A DNA stretch of 64,000 bases from Phoronis australis. Its lineage: Eukaryota; Animalia; Phoronida. Position 1 is the first letter of the stretch; each line of letters begins with the position of its first letter. Positions 39,201 through 52,400 of this stretch are shown piece after piece. The notes beneath the pieces were generated by a model. It made no database searches, had not been told where the DNA came from, and saw only the letters and a program-made list of their open reading frames with translations. The DNA lies in the NCBI GenBank assembly GCA_002633005.1, contig NMRA01000038.1, positions 467,417 to 531,416 on the forward strand, in the 5' to 3' direction. The position numbers and the translations under genes are program-made.

Positions 39201-42200
39201 TTATTACATGTCCTCAGCATGTATGTGGACCCCTTGTGGGATTTGGAGTAATTATCACTCTGAGGTGATCCAATTCACAGTCTAGATATGAGAAATAATG
39301 CCTCGCTATTTAATAATGTATACATTTTGTTCCTGTATGCGTTGTCCTTTGTCAGGTGAAGAGGCAGTGCGATGAGCTCTTGGGTAAAAATGGTGAACTG
39401 TCTCGGGCCAACACTCAGCTGAGACACAAAGTATCGGAGACTGACCAGCAGGTCAAGGATCTGCGAGAGAAGGTGTCTGGCTACAGGGCTCAGGTGGAGA
39501 ACTTACAGAGGAACAAGAAGGAAATGGAGATAGCGCTGCACAGGATGCAGGTATGGCGATGATGGAATGACACAGCGCCCTCTGTGTTTCTGCAGTAGGT
39601 GCAACGATTAGTTCATTTGCAATCAAATCGCAATGTAGGTATGCCAAGGCCCAATTCAGTTCCATTTTTAATTTCAATTTTTGCCGTTAGGTTCTTTCAA
39701 AGTTAGGACTTATTCATATCTTTTAAAAAGTATTAGGATTATGCTTGACAAATAAACAGCCTGGGATTGTTTATTAGTCGGAATTTTATCAAATTTCACA
39801 ATTTTTGATCTCTACTTTTTAAAAATGCAATTTTTGATACTGGTTTTGTATAGTCACATGTTTCTGAACAAAAAATGGCTGCGCCCATCATGTATTCGGA
39901 GTTCTCATTTTTGACGAGTATAGGATCGTTTGAGAAAAAAGAACTGATTTGAAAACAAAAATCGAATTGAAAATAATCGAATTTCTCCTAAAAAGAATCG
40001 AATTCCTAAAAATGTTTGTCATCCCACCCCTATTTACTCACAATGCTGCACTCCTGTAGAGCACTTTGTCCTCAGTTTTCCATTGGTGTCATGCAAATCA
40101 TATTTGATTGGATTACCTTTGTCATGGTGATTCAAATTAGGTTTTACTGTAGCATAGTGAGCTGCTATGTGGACATCAAAAAATTTGAAAAGCTGAGACA
40201 CGATAGCACGTTTTTAAGTGGTCCAACTCTAAGTACCTAGAAGTGTGCTAGCGGTCCTACCTTCACTGATGTCTCCAGACCTGTTAACGTCACTGACATT
40301 TACAACAGAGCATCAGCGATGAAGTGGAAGAGCTCGATCGTGTCAAACAGGAATACATATCGAAGAATGCAGAGCAGGCGCGAGCGATCGGCACTTTCGT
40401 CACGCAGATCGAGTCCCTACAGGTGGAGTTGAAGACGATTGCTCGGTCGCAGAGTGAGATGGTGGCTAAGACAAAGGAGTTGGAAAAGCAGTTGAAGGAG
40501 GAGAGGGAGAGATATGAGGACCTTATGGCTGATTATGAGGTAGGAAGGTGGGAGAGAAAGGTAGGGAGGGGTACAGAGAGGGGTGGNNNNNGGACACAGA
40601 GAGGTAGGGAGGGGGACACTGAGAGTAAGGAGGGGGGCACAGAGATGTAGGGAGATAAATTTTGGTGGATGGTTTTCGTCTTTGGACATGTGAGTGCCTC
40701 GGTGAAAAATAGCATGTGGTGTGATCCTTAATTCAAAATATGTTTTCAGACTGAAGGGACAACTGGCTGTGTTTTCTCATGTTGTGATTGGCACACCACA
40801 CTCCACCTAGACTCTCCAAGCCCAGTTGGGGTGGGTCTTATAAGCCCTGGCTGCAGCGGTGTAATTAAATGATGATGATACCTTTATTTTGTGCATAAAC
40901 TAGAGGGATTCATGCAGATAACTGCAACTTCAGGAGTATCCCCAGCGTTATGGATGTCAGCCATAAGTCAATACAATTGGATGGTGATCCCACTACTAGC
41001 AAATCAACATCCTGATGATGTCCCTGCATGTGTCATGTTGTCATTGGGCTCTGTATTGGGCAGTAATGTCCCTGCATGTGTCATGTTGTCAGTGGGCTCT
41101 GTATTGGGCAGCAGTCAGATATAACATGAACACATTTTGATGCCCGTTATTCAGTGGAGGAAACTGGTTCTCAAAATGCGGACACGTTCTATCCCTCTGT
41201 TGCCCAGTATTGTGCTTACTATGTTTCTATATTTCTCATTGTTTCCAGGAAACTAAAAGAAGGGAAGAGAACCTGGAAACACTGCGGCAAAAAACTGAGG
41301 ACAAGTTGCTGGAGGCCAAACATGAATCCATGCAGGTTTGTTTGCATTAAAAGGACAATTTGCCACACTCAGTGTGAAAGCATGTTCAAGGAGTTTCATA
41401 ATGGGTGTCAAGATTTACAGCCTGTTTGTCTATAGGGTTGTAGAAATTGCAGAAATGTATTATTTTATTGGCTTGTTTCTGTCTCATAACTGCCTGGTGA
41501 CTACTGGTTTTATTTTGCACTAAAACATGGCCATAACAAGCCATGAGACCCTTACACCTGTTATTGTCTTCTATTCTCGACAGAAGTGGGGAGAATCTGT
41601 GTCAGATGCAGAACTGTTCACCGCGTTAGTGTTCACCATGCTTAAGACTAACTGCAGTTAGTCACTTGATTGTGATTCTGCCTGTGTTGTAAATTGTTGA
41701 AAATGAGCAGCAAAATGACGTTAATTATGTTTTTTTTTTTTAAATTTAAGTCGAAATTCAATCTTAGAAAAAGTTTGCACGAATCAAGAAGAATTTGTTG
41801 AAATTTATACCCAACTGTTAAAGTAGTAAATGAGGTGAAGTGCTACAGACATCTTCTTTATAGATATACATCACCATGGTTGTGGTTTCACTGGGGTTCA
41901 AAATAATGTACTTAATTGTTTAGTAACCCGAGGCGGGGGTATTAAATATCAGTGAGATAAGAACACCCACCCCTTTATACAACACCCATGCTGTAGTATT
42001 GAAGTGGACAGTTTGCTAGATTGAGTATGGAGGCTTGTTCAAGTGATTGAGGAGACCATTTGTTCACACTGTAGGAAAACGGGAGGCAGTCAGGTGCTAT
42101 TACCATGTCGCTATATGTTTATATCTTCTATGTTGTCAGATTTCCTCTAGTCTCCAAGATGCCCATCAGTGGTTCAAGACAAAGTTTGAACATTTACAAG

Positions 42201-43638
42201 GTGAACTACTTCGCTCCAGGTAGGAAATCATTAAGTTTTGAAAGGTATTCAAATGAGTAATTTCAGTTTCTTTAAAAGAGTTTAGATTTGTTCTGACTGG
42301 CAGTTAATAGCTTCAGGAGGCATCGTAAGTGAGCATAGTATGTGTCTTTCAAAACTATGGATACTCCACCTCGGTAAGTGTTCAAAAACTCGTTGCAGAA
42401 AAACGCAAGCTCAACTCGAGCAAGAGAACTTTGAACAACGACAGGCGATTGAGGAAGAGAAGCGTCGGGCACAGGAAACTTCGGAGAAGGCGCGGGAAAT
42501 GTTACGGGTACGAAAGGCATTGTTCTCATTATGTTACAGATCTGTGTGATAAATTTGTGAAGTTCGATTTGAGTGTTGTTCACATGCATACAACTCAATA
42601 GATTTCATTATCATGGGCATGACAAGCACCAAGTACTTAGTATATTGTCAACCTTCTACGATTTAAACAGGCAAAAAAAGTCACATTACGTTTCAGCTAT
42701 ATTGAATGCTGCTTTGGTATTATTAATATTGGCGTGGGACATCCTCTATCAGTCTATGTCATGTCATGAAAATTGAGTCGTGAAACAAGTTACCCCAATG
42801 TTTTTGTTTTCTGTGGTGGCATTCTTGACTTTTACTGAAGTGCTTCACTTTGAAGTGAGGCACTTTTGACCTGGCAAAGAAAGGATTAGGAATTATGACT
42901 TGTTTGCCACTGTTATCATTGATGGAGTTTGAAAAAGATTTAATATGAAGAGCCTTTGTCACAACTAATTGTGCATTTTATATAATTGCAAAATCTGCAA
43001 CATTTGTGGTAGACGCCTGGGTAAATTATGATGAATTATTTCCTAAAAATAATAATGATTTTACTTATACACTGAAGTACTGGTCATGGATTTGTCTTCA
43101 GGCAAGTCGTCAGTCTGTGCGACAAATGGCTGACCACGCCCAGTTCGCAGAACATGAGACCAAAGAACACATGAACTACCTGGGCAAGAAGTTAGTTGGA
43201 GAGAGATTACACAGTAAATATATGGACAGGAAGTACACCAATCTACAGGTGGGTGTGTTGAGGCACTATTAAAGGATCATTTTTACATTGTTATGTAGTG
43301 GATATTTTATGCTCCAATGGTATTTGAACGGTGTTTGCTTTCAAAAACGACTTTATCATATGAATTGAGTTGACATTGTTTACATAAAATATTGCTTTTC
43401 TGTGTATAAAGCACTGTCCTAGCTAGACTAAGTTCAGTTCATTTCAACCTGGCTTTTCATGAAAAGCGAGTTCAACCGTTCTGTGGCAGTTGCTTTTGCA
43501 CTCCATGGGAATATGATTTGCATGTTGAGATTTAGAAGGTAGAAAACCTTACACTATTTTCAGGAATCCAGTAGCAGACAGTTGGAAGCTATACTGAAAG
43601 ATCTGGATGATATCAAGACAAAGAAATATGACTACTGA
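24269..43638 (+). CDS. CCDC150: Coiled-coil domain-containing protein 150-like (~1142 aa, 22 coding exons)
   Basis: Phase-consistent exons: 24269-24413, 24715-25112, 25525-25710, 26372-26501, 29230-29372, 30593-30700, 31151-31260, 31845-32022, 32442-32603, 33728-33919, 34986-35177, 35515-35684, 36571-36664, 37337-37506, 38387-38513, 39356-39550, 40309-40539, 41249-41335, 42140-42219, 42399-42507, 43102-43248, 43564-43638 (TGA). Heptad-rich throughout. The motifs LQKRLRVAEDDT, NYENLVSRVCKTESVLQTLKLNMINLQT and LQDAHQWFKTKFEHLQGEL resemble vertebrate CCDC150 as I recall it. Confidence 0.85.
26625..28141 (+). mobile_element. Helentron-associated non-autonomous element (HINE/DINE-1-like), spanning an N-gap
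   Basis: 5' T-run, subTIR atgcgcccaca (26629-26639) with an adjacent inverted copy (26648-26658), (cgtc)n microsatellite, 3' subTIR tgtgggcgcat (28107-28117), stem-loop caacgc-tcc-gcgttg (28120-28134), ending cttgt into T's. Confidence 0.75.
27095..27724. other. Assembly gap (N-run)
   Basis: 630 consecutive n. Confidence 0.99.
30129..30237. mobile_element. Hairpin MITE family A, copy 3
   Basis: GGAAATAGTCAG start and the same gagaaccagttt/aaactggttctc core; right end and TSD are decayed. Confidence 0.65.
36050..36190 (-). repeat. tRNA-containing repeat, diverged copy of 63285-63420
   Basis: ggtcccgacagctcagtgg...tctgcacggttagcaaa... with flanks homologous to the 63-kb copy. Confidence 0.6.
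41018..41112. repeat. 48-bp direct tandem duplication
   Basis: atgtccctgcatgtgtcatgttgtca(t/g)tgggctctgtattgggcag x2. Confidence 0.9.
41107..41204. mobile_element. Hairpin MITE family A, copy 4 (internally deleted)
   Basis: GGCAG...TTGCC ends; flanks ctgtattg/cagtattg (7/8 TSD); retains ttattcagtggaggaaactggttctcaaaatg. Confidence 0.7.
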
Positions 43639-46492
43639 GACATATTTTCAACGCATCAACTGACTTTTTTAGTCAGGTGCTAACGATGAGCTATGTGCTC
43701 AGTCAACAGACTCGAATATCATTTTGGTAAGGTCACATTTGCACCTTGTGAACCATGAGGTTTTTTCTCCTGAGGTAATGAGGTAAATATCCAACTTAGT
43801 ACTTGCTTCACAAGCCCAAATCTTCAGTGCGGGGGTCACCTGAGCCAAGTGCTCAGATTTCCACTGACAATAGGGCCGTCCCGGATTACGCAGCAACACT
43901 CAAATCTCGCTGTAATTACCCACAATGCCGCAAATATCCGTCAGGCACATTTGGTGCCCCGTTTTTGTGCCACTGGAGTTTCACATGTTATTTGTTATTG
44001 TCTGATTCTTTACAAGTTTTTCTGGGTTGCAATACTCTATTCCGTCTTTCCCATGTCAACAACGTATTACTGCTGTGCTGTGGACCGAATTCTATCGCTG
44101 TGTAATCAGAGATGTCTCTAATGACCTATGGTAAAAATTCTATAGCTTGGAAGAGTAGCTAAAAGCTGGGGACACCGAAAATCAAGTAAAAATTAAAATT
44201 TTCTTGATTCTGAAGATTTGAACCAGAGTGATTTTTGTGTTCATTATATTTCATAAATTGTTGAAAAAAAAGACTCATAATAATTATTAGGGTTGCAAAA
44301 TGGCTTAGACACCTTTACTTTTCTGTAAATTCCCCTTCATTCTCGGTCATGAAATAAAAATAGTAGGACGATGAATTCGGCTTCTGTCTAGCAGTCATGA
44401 TGGAGTAATTCAGGGCCATCGTGTGTAATATTTTTGGCGTGTACTGTATGCGATTGTAACTTACTTGCCTAGTTTCATATTTCAAATTCACATCAGTTTA
44501 ATAACAACTGTGATGCTGTGCTGTGTTTTTGCATTGAATATGTCGACTAGACGAGAGTGGTCAATCACTGTGATGAAAATGAACATTTAGAAATTTGTAA
44601 AAACATTACGTTACCTCAAAATGGACATGTACTCGTCATTGTATATAACATTTTCACTAAGTTATAACTATTCATTTCATGCTCATCACAAATTGATGTT
44701 TGCAAAAGAATAAAACCTTTATGATGTGTGTCCAGTTTATTTTGATTTACATCTGGATGTAAGTGATCAATATTGTACTATTTAAGTGTTCCGCATGTGT
44801 GTATAGATGACAGTGTTAGCACTGGAACAGAACCAATACAGTCGAATAGACAAGTAATTTAGTTCTTTTCAGAAAAAAGTTGATGGAATCGCGTGAAATT
44901 TTGGTGCTAATGTATATGAAGAACTTAACGACAAAGCTATCTGAACATCATCTATGCTAAACATCTATGCCAGGCAGTCACTGAGATAAGGATTTAGTGC
45001 ACAAGTTCCACTTTAAATCATTACAAAATTTTGATCTATGGAGAGCCCTAAAGGAAGAGAACTTTGTATTTATTAGTCATCCATTTTCATGCAATTACTT
45101 CAGTGTACTTTGAGATTTGACATGTATATAAAAATCCTAAAACAGAGATGAAACCTAAAACTGATAAAATATTGAAATGCTGAGAAAGAATTCCAATAAA
45201 AGGTTGCAAACTTAACCTAATTGTAGCAATACACAGATTTCATAGCATGCATCGAAGTATTCAACTAGAAAGTGTCTGTCCGACATTCTGGTATGGACCA
45301 CCTGTGTGCAAATTGCGATGTACCAATTCTTAGTTTGCCATCTGTCAATACTCTGTAAAACACTACATGTATTTCTTATTGACATCCACGTTTTGTCTTC
45401 ACTCCAAGGCCTGTTTAACATAATGCAAAATATCTTTCCTAAACACACAGTAGAATGTACAAGTTGGATCCAACCGAACCGAGAGACTTCATCTGAGTAA
45501 AGCGAAATCCGACTTATTTGAAGGACTGAATGCACGAATTAGGACACTCGTACCACAAAACTTTGTCTAGGAGCGAAAATACAACAGGCATATCTGACTT
45601 ATACAAGTTTTATGTATTAAACTTCTAAAAAAACCTCTTGGTTGTGGGAAAACGCAATAGAGAAAAATGTAATCAACAACTGGTAATTTTCTAACCTTTG
45701 TTAAAATTAAACTCTTAATATCACAGTGAGTTGTTGGTAGTCAAAGCTATGGTATGTCCCCTGTGCATTAAATGTACAATATTTTGAATGGAAGAGTATT
45801 GCATTGTTTTAAACAAAGATCATTTTATCATTTTCCTTACTTTTAAGATGCAGGCCTCGATTTTCCTTTAGCTGTTGGACTCTATTACAATGACTAGCAT
45901 CAAAAGTGCATTCCTCTAACTCACAATATGTACTCTGTGTGCAAATTCACAACTTTGCAGCAGACATTATTGAAATCATTCAGTACCACCAAACTTTTCA
46001 CAAAATAAAACACGTAGCCAACAATTTAAGTGCATGTATACTGTAAAATGTGAGTACCCGTAATTTCTCAAAACATTGTCTACAGTACATAATCTAAAGT
46101 TGATAAAGCGTTTTTGACACTAATCTTTTATGAAGAAAAGGAGAAAATAAAATTTCATTGATGAGGTTTTATCACACTCTGCTTCGATCAGTTCTTTGTG
46201 AGCACAACTACACAGACATCTAGTTCACTAAACACTGTTCAGTGATTGCACCTGCACCGGTTGGTTGTCTGGGAATGATGTCATAGGATATGAGCCAGTG
46301 GAGTTGCTGAGTGCGTCAATTATCAACTGTTGCATTGATCCAGAGCGATTTGTATTTCACAAATAAAACCTTCCGAATTTTAATATGAAAGTATTACCCT
46401 TAGGACTACACCTGTAACTTTGAGCCAGTAATTACTACCCAAAAGAAGAAATGTCCATCAATTTTTCTGGAGTGCAGAGCAAGCTTGTTTAT

Positions 46493-49400
46493 CTAATCCT
46501 TTGCTCCACCAAAGTTAGCAGCCAACCTAGACTTGGGTCTCTTCCGTGTTTTTGTATTAGCAGCTGACTTAGAAGCAGTGTCTTGGGGTTTACTCCTGCT
46601 TGCATACTGTGCCGATTTCCCATCTTCGTCAGCAGAGTTGCTCCTGACAGCTGGGTCACTACTGACATTTTGCTTTGGTGATTTCTCCTTGTCTGAATCC
46701 GTGTCTTTGGAATTTCCTCTCTTTTCCTTTTGCGGTGTCGCCATTTTTTTGCTGACCTGTAGCAAAAATTGTGGCCTTGTTCAGAAAATGGCGAACATAA
46801 ATAAATGAAAGAAGCAATCTGCAACATTAAAACAAAAATATAGACTACGAACCTCCATGAAATATGCCTTCGCAGCATGCATGCCAACTCGATTTACTGT
46901 CCATACACCCACTAAAAATATCTGAAACTAACTAATGACAAGATTCAACAATTTGTTTGCTCACCTGAAGAGGAACAAATGGGTTGTTGCTGTTACCAGA
47001 ATGTTGCCTCACTCTCCCTTCGCCTGCCTCCTGCCCTCCGCTGGCAATCTGATGATGGTGTTGTTGGTGCTGACCAGCTCCCTGCCATTGTTGCTGCTGT
47101 TGTTGTAACGCCACCTGTTGGTGTGACTGCAGATAATGTTGCTGTTGCTGGAACCTCTGCTGGTCCTGCTGTTGGTGGTGGTGTTGATGCTGGTTAGTGT
47201 GCCAACTCCTGTTACCACCACCATGAGGGTAGGCATAGTTCTGATGGCGATGGATGGGATGCTGGTACATCTGGCCAGGATGGTAAGTGTGCATCCCCTG
47301 GTAGTTCTGTTGTTGCTGATGGTGGTGCGGTGGTGCCCATTGTGGTCTGGCTTGCTGGAACTGCTGCTGGTAGTAAGGGTAGGAGCGTGGTTGCAGAGGA
47401 TGGTAATGGTAGTTTGTTGGAAACTGTGGACGAGCTTGTATAGCGTATTGTTGTGGCCTGGGCTGAACCTGGCCAACGTGAGACACCGGATGACTCACAT
47501 CACCTGCAAGTGAGTGGAAAGGTAATGCATAGGCAATGAAACTTTGAAAGCGCTAAATTTACACATGGCAAAATTTCACCTTAAATGTCACTGTGCTGCT
47601 TTTTACATTAAAAAAATTGTCGGGTAATTTTTTATTTAAAATTCTGTTTTCTGTAATAATACTTGATCACATATCGAGAGAAAAAATCACTATTCAAGGC
47701 AAGTTAGTCAAACGCAATACATTAAACAAGGACCAAACCTATGGTAAGAGCAACTGAACCTCTGCTTTAAACATTGACAAAGCAACGTAAACACAATAGA
47801 CAGTTCTATCAAGTACAGAACCTGCTTGGTTAACACACCGCAAATAGGCATTAACTATAGTAACACACGACTGGGGTACACCCAATCAAAAGTTTCACAG
47901 TACTCTACCCAACTGCTTACCTGGTCCTAACGGACTAACAGGTGTGAAGGCTGACGGTTGTCTACCAGTTGCTTGTTGCTTACTGGTTGCGGATGACGCA
48001 GTATGGCGGGACTGAAATACAAATCAAGAATTTTAAGATTGAGAAGTAATGTCCTTTATCCTACCGAAGCTTTTTTCCTTCAAATCACACCTTTTAGCTG
48101 TAGGAAAAAGGACATTAACTCAAGTGGAAAAAACACTTCACAGCAAAAATCAGCAGCCAGTCAGAGGGTACCTAGAGCCTGATGAGTACATTATGCAGAG
48201 GCCAGATTAGGAAAGTTGCGTCGCTATCACCTACAAATTTTGCCAATGGGGTGTATGGCCATTGAAGTCGTTTGTAACACATTGAGTGTACAAGAGATTA
48301 TCTCCCTTGGTTGCAACAGTCAACACTCAAGGTTTTGTGATCAGGGAGAGGTAGATACTCTACATCTCTGCTTTGTTCAGGAGATGATGAAAGGATCAGA
48401 GGGCAAGAATTTCTTGAAACATTACACAAACTTAGAGAATATTGCATTTAGCTGAGCAAAAATTCAATACTTACTCAAGACGAATAAGTCAATTTTATAC
48501 ACCATTTTAAAGGTACACTTTCTTGACAAATGATTCCTTAATAAACCATACAGGTTCTCACAAAAGCCATTTTCTGATATAGCGGCAACTTGGTGAACTA
48601 CAACTTGTCATTAGATAGCGATAGCGCAGTTGGTTGATTGTTCTGCATTCTTGTTTGGACTTAATGCAGAAGGATATTTTCCAGTAATGTTTATAAATCC
48701 TATGCGACCATCGCAGTCAAATTTCCCCTGTTGTGAGGTGGGATATTCAAACGATTCCATCAAAAATGTCCAAGATCTCAAAATGTCAGCGAACGAAAGA
48801 AATTAACTTTCATCTCAATCAACTCAGCCAATCTTGTGCACCAGAATTAAAAATTGTGTCAAGAGAAAGATGCTTTTGCACTCTCACAATGTTAAAGATT
48901 TCTACAACAGATCCGAAGATAAATCTGCCACGTTTCAAGCACCGATAAATCATACAAGCAAGTCTTGCTGCCCTAAACAATTACTAAAATTTTGAGAAAG
49001 CAGACGGAGCAGTGGATATCCTCTAATGGTGAGTATTTATCTCCCCTTGTCTCACTCTGTTCACAATAACTCACCACCTGCAGCAGGGCCATAGCTGCTG
49101 AGCTTTCAGATGCCTGCTCTTTCGTCCTACAGGCGGAGCCTTGCACCCTCAATCCCGTACCAAGGGTTACACATGCGAAAAATAACCCCTATAATAGAAA
49201 GCAATTTACATCATTAAAAAAAGCACATCAATTTTATATGCCAAGTGTAATTTTCCGACAAAAAAGACAAATGTTATGTTTGGCACTGCCACGCATAACT
49301 GAATGTTTGAGTTGTGATATGGCTCACAAAATGAGTTGTTATTTAACATATTATGAAATAGTTTACAGGTATAACACTTTTTAAAGTTTGAATTTTCCAA

Positions 49401-52400
49401 ACACGCACATTTCCTATCAATGCATCTTTCTTTTCTGCTAAAATTTACAAAAATACACGGTCGCGTGACCCAATTTATTGAAGATTGCTAAAAATATAAA
49501 TCAAGTTCTGCAGGCTATCTACTTTCGGAAAATATCAACTTTAACTGACTTAAAATCTACAATTTTAAAGATATTTGGCTAAATACTTGTCAATAGGAAG
49601 CTACACAGTAACTAGGCAACACACTCACCTCTCCTGTTGGAAAATGATCATAATGAGGAGGTGGTATCTGGGAATTACTACTCCATGTAGCTAAGTCCTC
49701 CACAGCAGTGCTGGAAATAAACACGCAGGTCAGAGGTCAACTCAGTGAAAAGCGACTCAAGATTTAAGTCAGAAAATTTCGTCTTAAGCTCCACACAACT
49801 ATTTTCAAAAAAAAAAACCAATCTGATCTAATTTCAGCGAGCTACAAAAAATCTCTCAGAATGTTCCCATAATGGCTAATTATTCGGAAATTTGTATTAA
49901 GTTCTTGCTAAGCGTGATGTGCTCGCAATTACATTGCAAAGACGTTATTTTATGCAAACTTTCTTAAGTCTTAATGTACTTCTCATGAAACGGGCCCTAG
50001 GTCTGAGGTTTGGCATCCCTGTAAATGATTCACTGAAAAAATATCGTGTCAAGGAAGTGGCCACTATATGAAGTGCACTGCTTAAGAAACCAAAACATAT
50101 CGGCTCAATTTACATGGCTCTGTAACTACGCCCAATTTACAGAAACATGGTCAACTACTTTTAGTTAGATGGAAGCCTACTCCAATGATGAATTGGGCTT
50201 CTGCCCAGCTGATGTGACAGGGAATTCTGGGGCATTTTGTTTGAATACTTATGTCTTGTATCATATCGCATCAGTCAGAAGTTTAATAAAACCACACCAA
50301 ACACTGTAGAACAAGTAGACACCATGGGACACAACGCTTCATGAAAACGTCTCTGAAAATTTCTGATGCTTTTGTTAAATCTATGCAACACAGAACAAAA
50401 TGCAGTGTATGTTTTTACTAATACAGAAAACCTAGAGAGAGGTGGAGAGATGGTTAAGCAGACCCTTCCAAGTTAATGGCAGGAGGATCAAACTGGTGTA
50501 CTTACTATTGAGTATTGTTAGTCTGTTGAACCTGAGGTTTGGGGGCTGCCTTCTGAGCCTCTTTAGCATCTGAAGCAAAGTCATAAGACTCGTAAGTGGA
50601 CAAACAGAGAAGAGAGCAATCAACACAGAACACGTCTGCTGGACACCAATTATACAGATTATGCACCGACTTAACGCACAACAAATAATGCCTACCTAAT
50701 TATCTATCACTCTAATGTCTGTTTATTTGTACAAGGTGCAGTGACAGCCCAGGAACAAAACTTGAGACCTCATACCTGAAAACCAGGTTCACCGTTAATG
50801 TAACATAGCCCCAAGTTGACTTAGAGATACTGGACGAAAACAGCAAAATATAGAACAGAATATGATCTTACTCAAATGTCGATTACACTTACAGTGAAAC
50901 ATTTCCTGTAATGACACCGACTTCCCATACTGAGAAGCCAACGGTTTTTCACTAGCATCCTGAACTGGTAGATTTAACATTTTCTTCAACGACTGCGTGG
51001 CATGCTCCATTGATTCTCTACTGCCAATTCCTTGGTTGGAGGCAGACGTTTCCTCTTTAACCTTTGCATCATTTTTACTAGTCGTCTGCTCACTCTTACT
51101 AGTTGTCTGCTCCCTCTTATTTGTCGTCTGGTCACTGTTACTTTCCTTGGCAGACAACACTTTGAACAGTGCATTCAGTTCATCTGTCGACTCTTTTTTC
51201 GATGGTTCCGACATTTTTGATGTCCTCTCTATATTCTCAGTTTGCTTCTCAACTTTTTTATCAGTCAAGCGTTGTTTATCGTTCTTTAAAATCACAATGC
51301 CCTTCGATGGCTTTACATCTCTAGAGCCTCTCGTCCTATCAGGCTTAGTTTCGACAGAGTTATTTTTCGCTACTGCCAGAGTCTGGTCTGATGAAAACTG
51401 CCGTACAAGTGCTTGCGCGGCATCGTTGAGATTGGGCGGTGTATTTTGGAAAGTTGTTTTACCAGAGGGACCACGTAGATCGTTCCAGGTGTTGGCAAAG
51501 TCAGCATCAACTTGTGACTTCTGAAAAACATCGTAGAATGGAAGTTTAATAATTCTAAAGTACCTTAACAAAGTTTTGTAAGGTTGGCGATATATAGGCT
51601 TGCAAACGAGAATCAGGTGACCTATACTACAAGACGAAGTATTTTGAAACATCAGAACATACATATTTGCAAATTAATTCAAAACCAGTTTTTTAACTAG
51701 TAGCATGAACTGAGGAACACAACATTAAAAATGTGGACAAACTATAACAGCAAAACAGTGCCAACAAAATAGGTTGCGACATAAAGAAACATAACTGAAT
51801 TTCAAACAGAACTGTCTAAAAGGAAAATACCGAAGGCTTTGGTGAAATAGTCGAGGAGCGACAAATGTGGTAAACCTAAACCAACATATTTTGCTGTTCA
51901 ATAGAAGCAGCAGTTCACACACAAGAAATGTATTGCGTCACTGTTAACTGCCTGGACTAACATGTCATTTTTGATAAACAATTAACGAAATTTCATACTT
52001 TTGAACAGTCTAAAAACTACGAAATCCCAAAACAGAAAGTTGGTGAATTCCAGAAATCTGCCATCATAGCCATTAGTTTCCACCTTCAAAGAATATTGGG
52101 AGGTCCTCTGCAATTTTGTAATGGTCTGTTTGGGGATAATTTTTTTTCAATATCAGCTAAGGATCCAGGAAGAGTTCAACAAGGGACAATTACAGGGAGT
52201 GATTGAAATACCTTCCTTACAACAATTTAAAAGAAAGTGAGCACGAGGATCTGGACCTGCATGACCTCCCTCTGATCCGGACCCGCATGACCTCCTTCTG
52301 ATCTAGATCCGCATGACCTCCATCTGATCTGGACCCACATGACCTCCCACTGAATTGGACCCAGATGACCTCCCTCTGAATTGGACCCAGATGACCTCCC

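Noticed and set aside
46979-51524. Antisense and alternative-frame ORFs over XRN1 exons (e.g. 47136-47513, 50997-51524); likewise 9434-9769 over the unknown gene
   Set aside because: These are shadow ORFs caused by the codon bias of the real coding strand.
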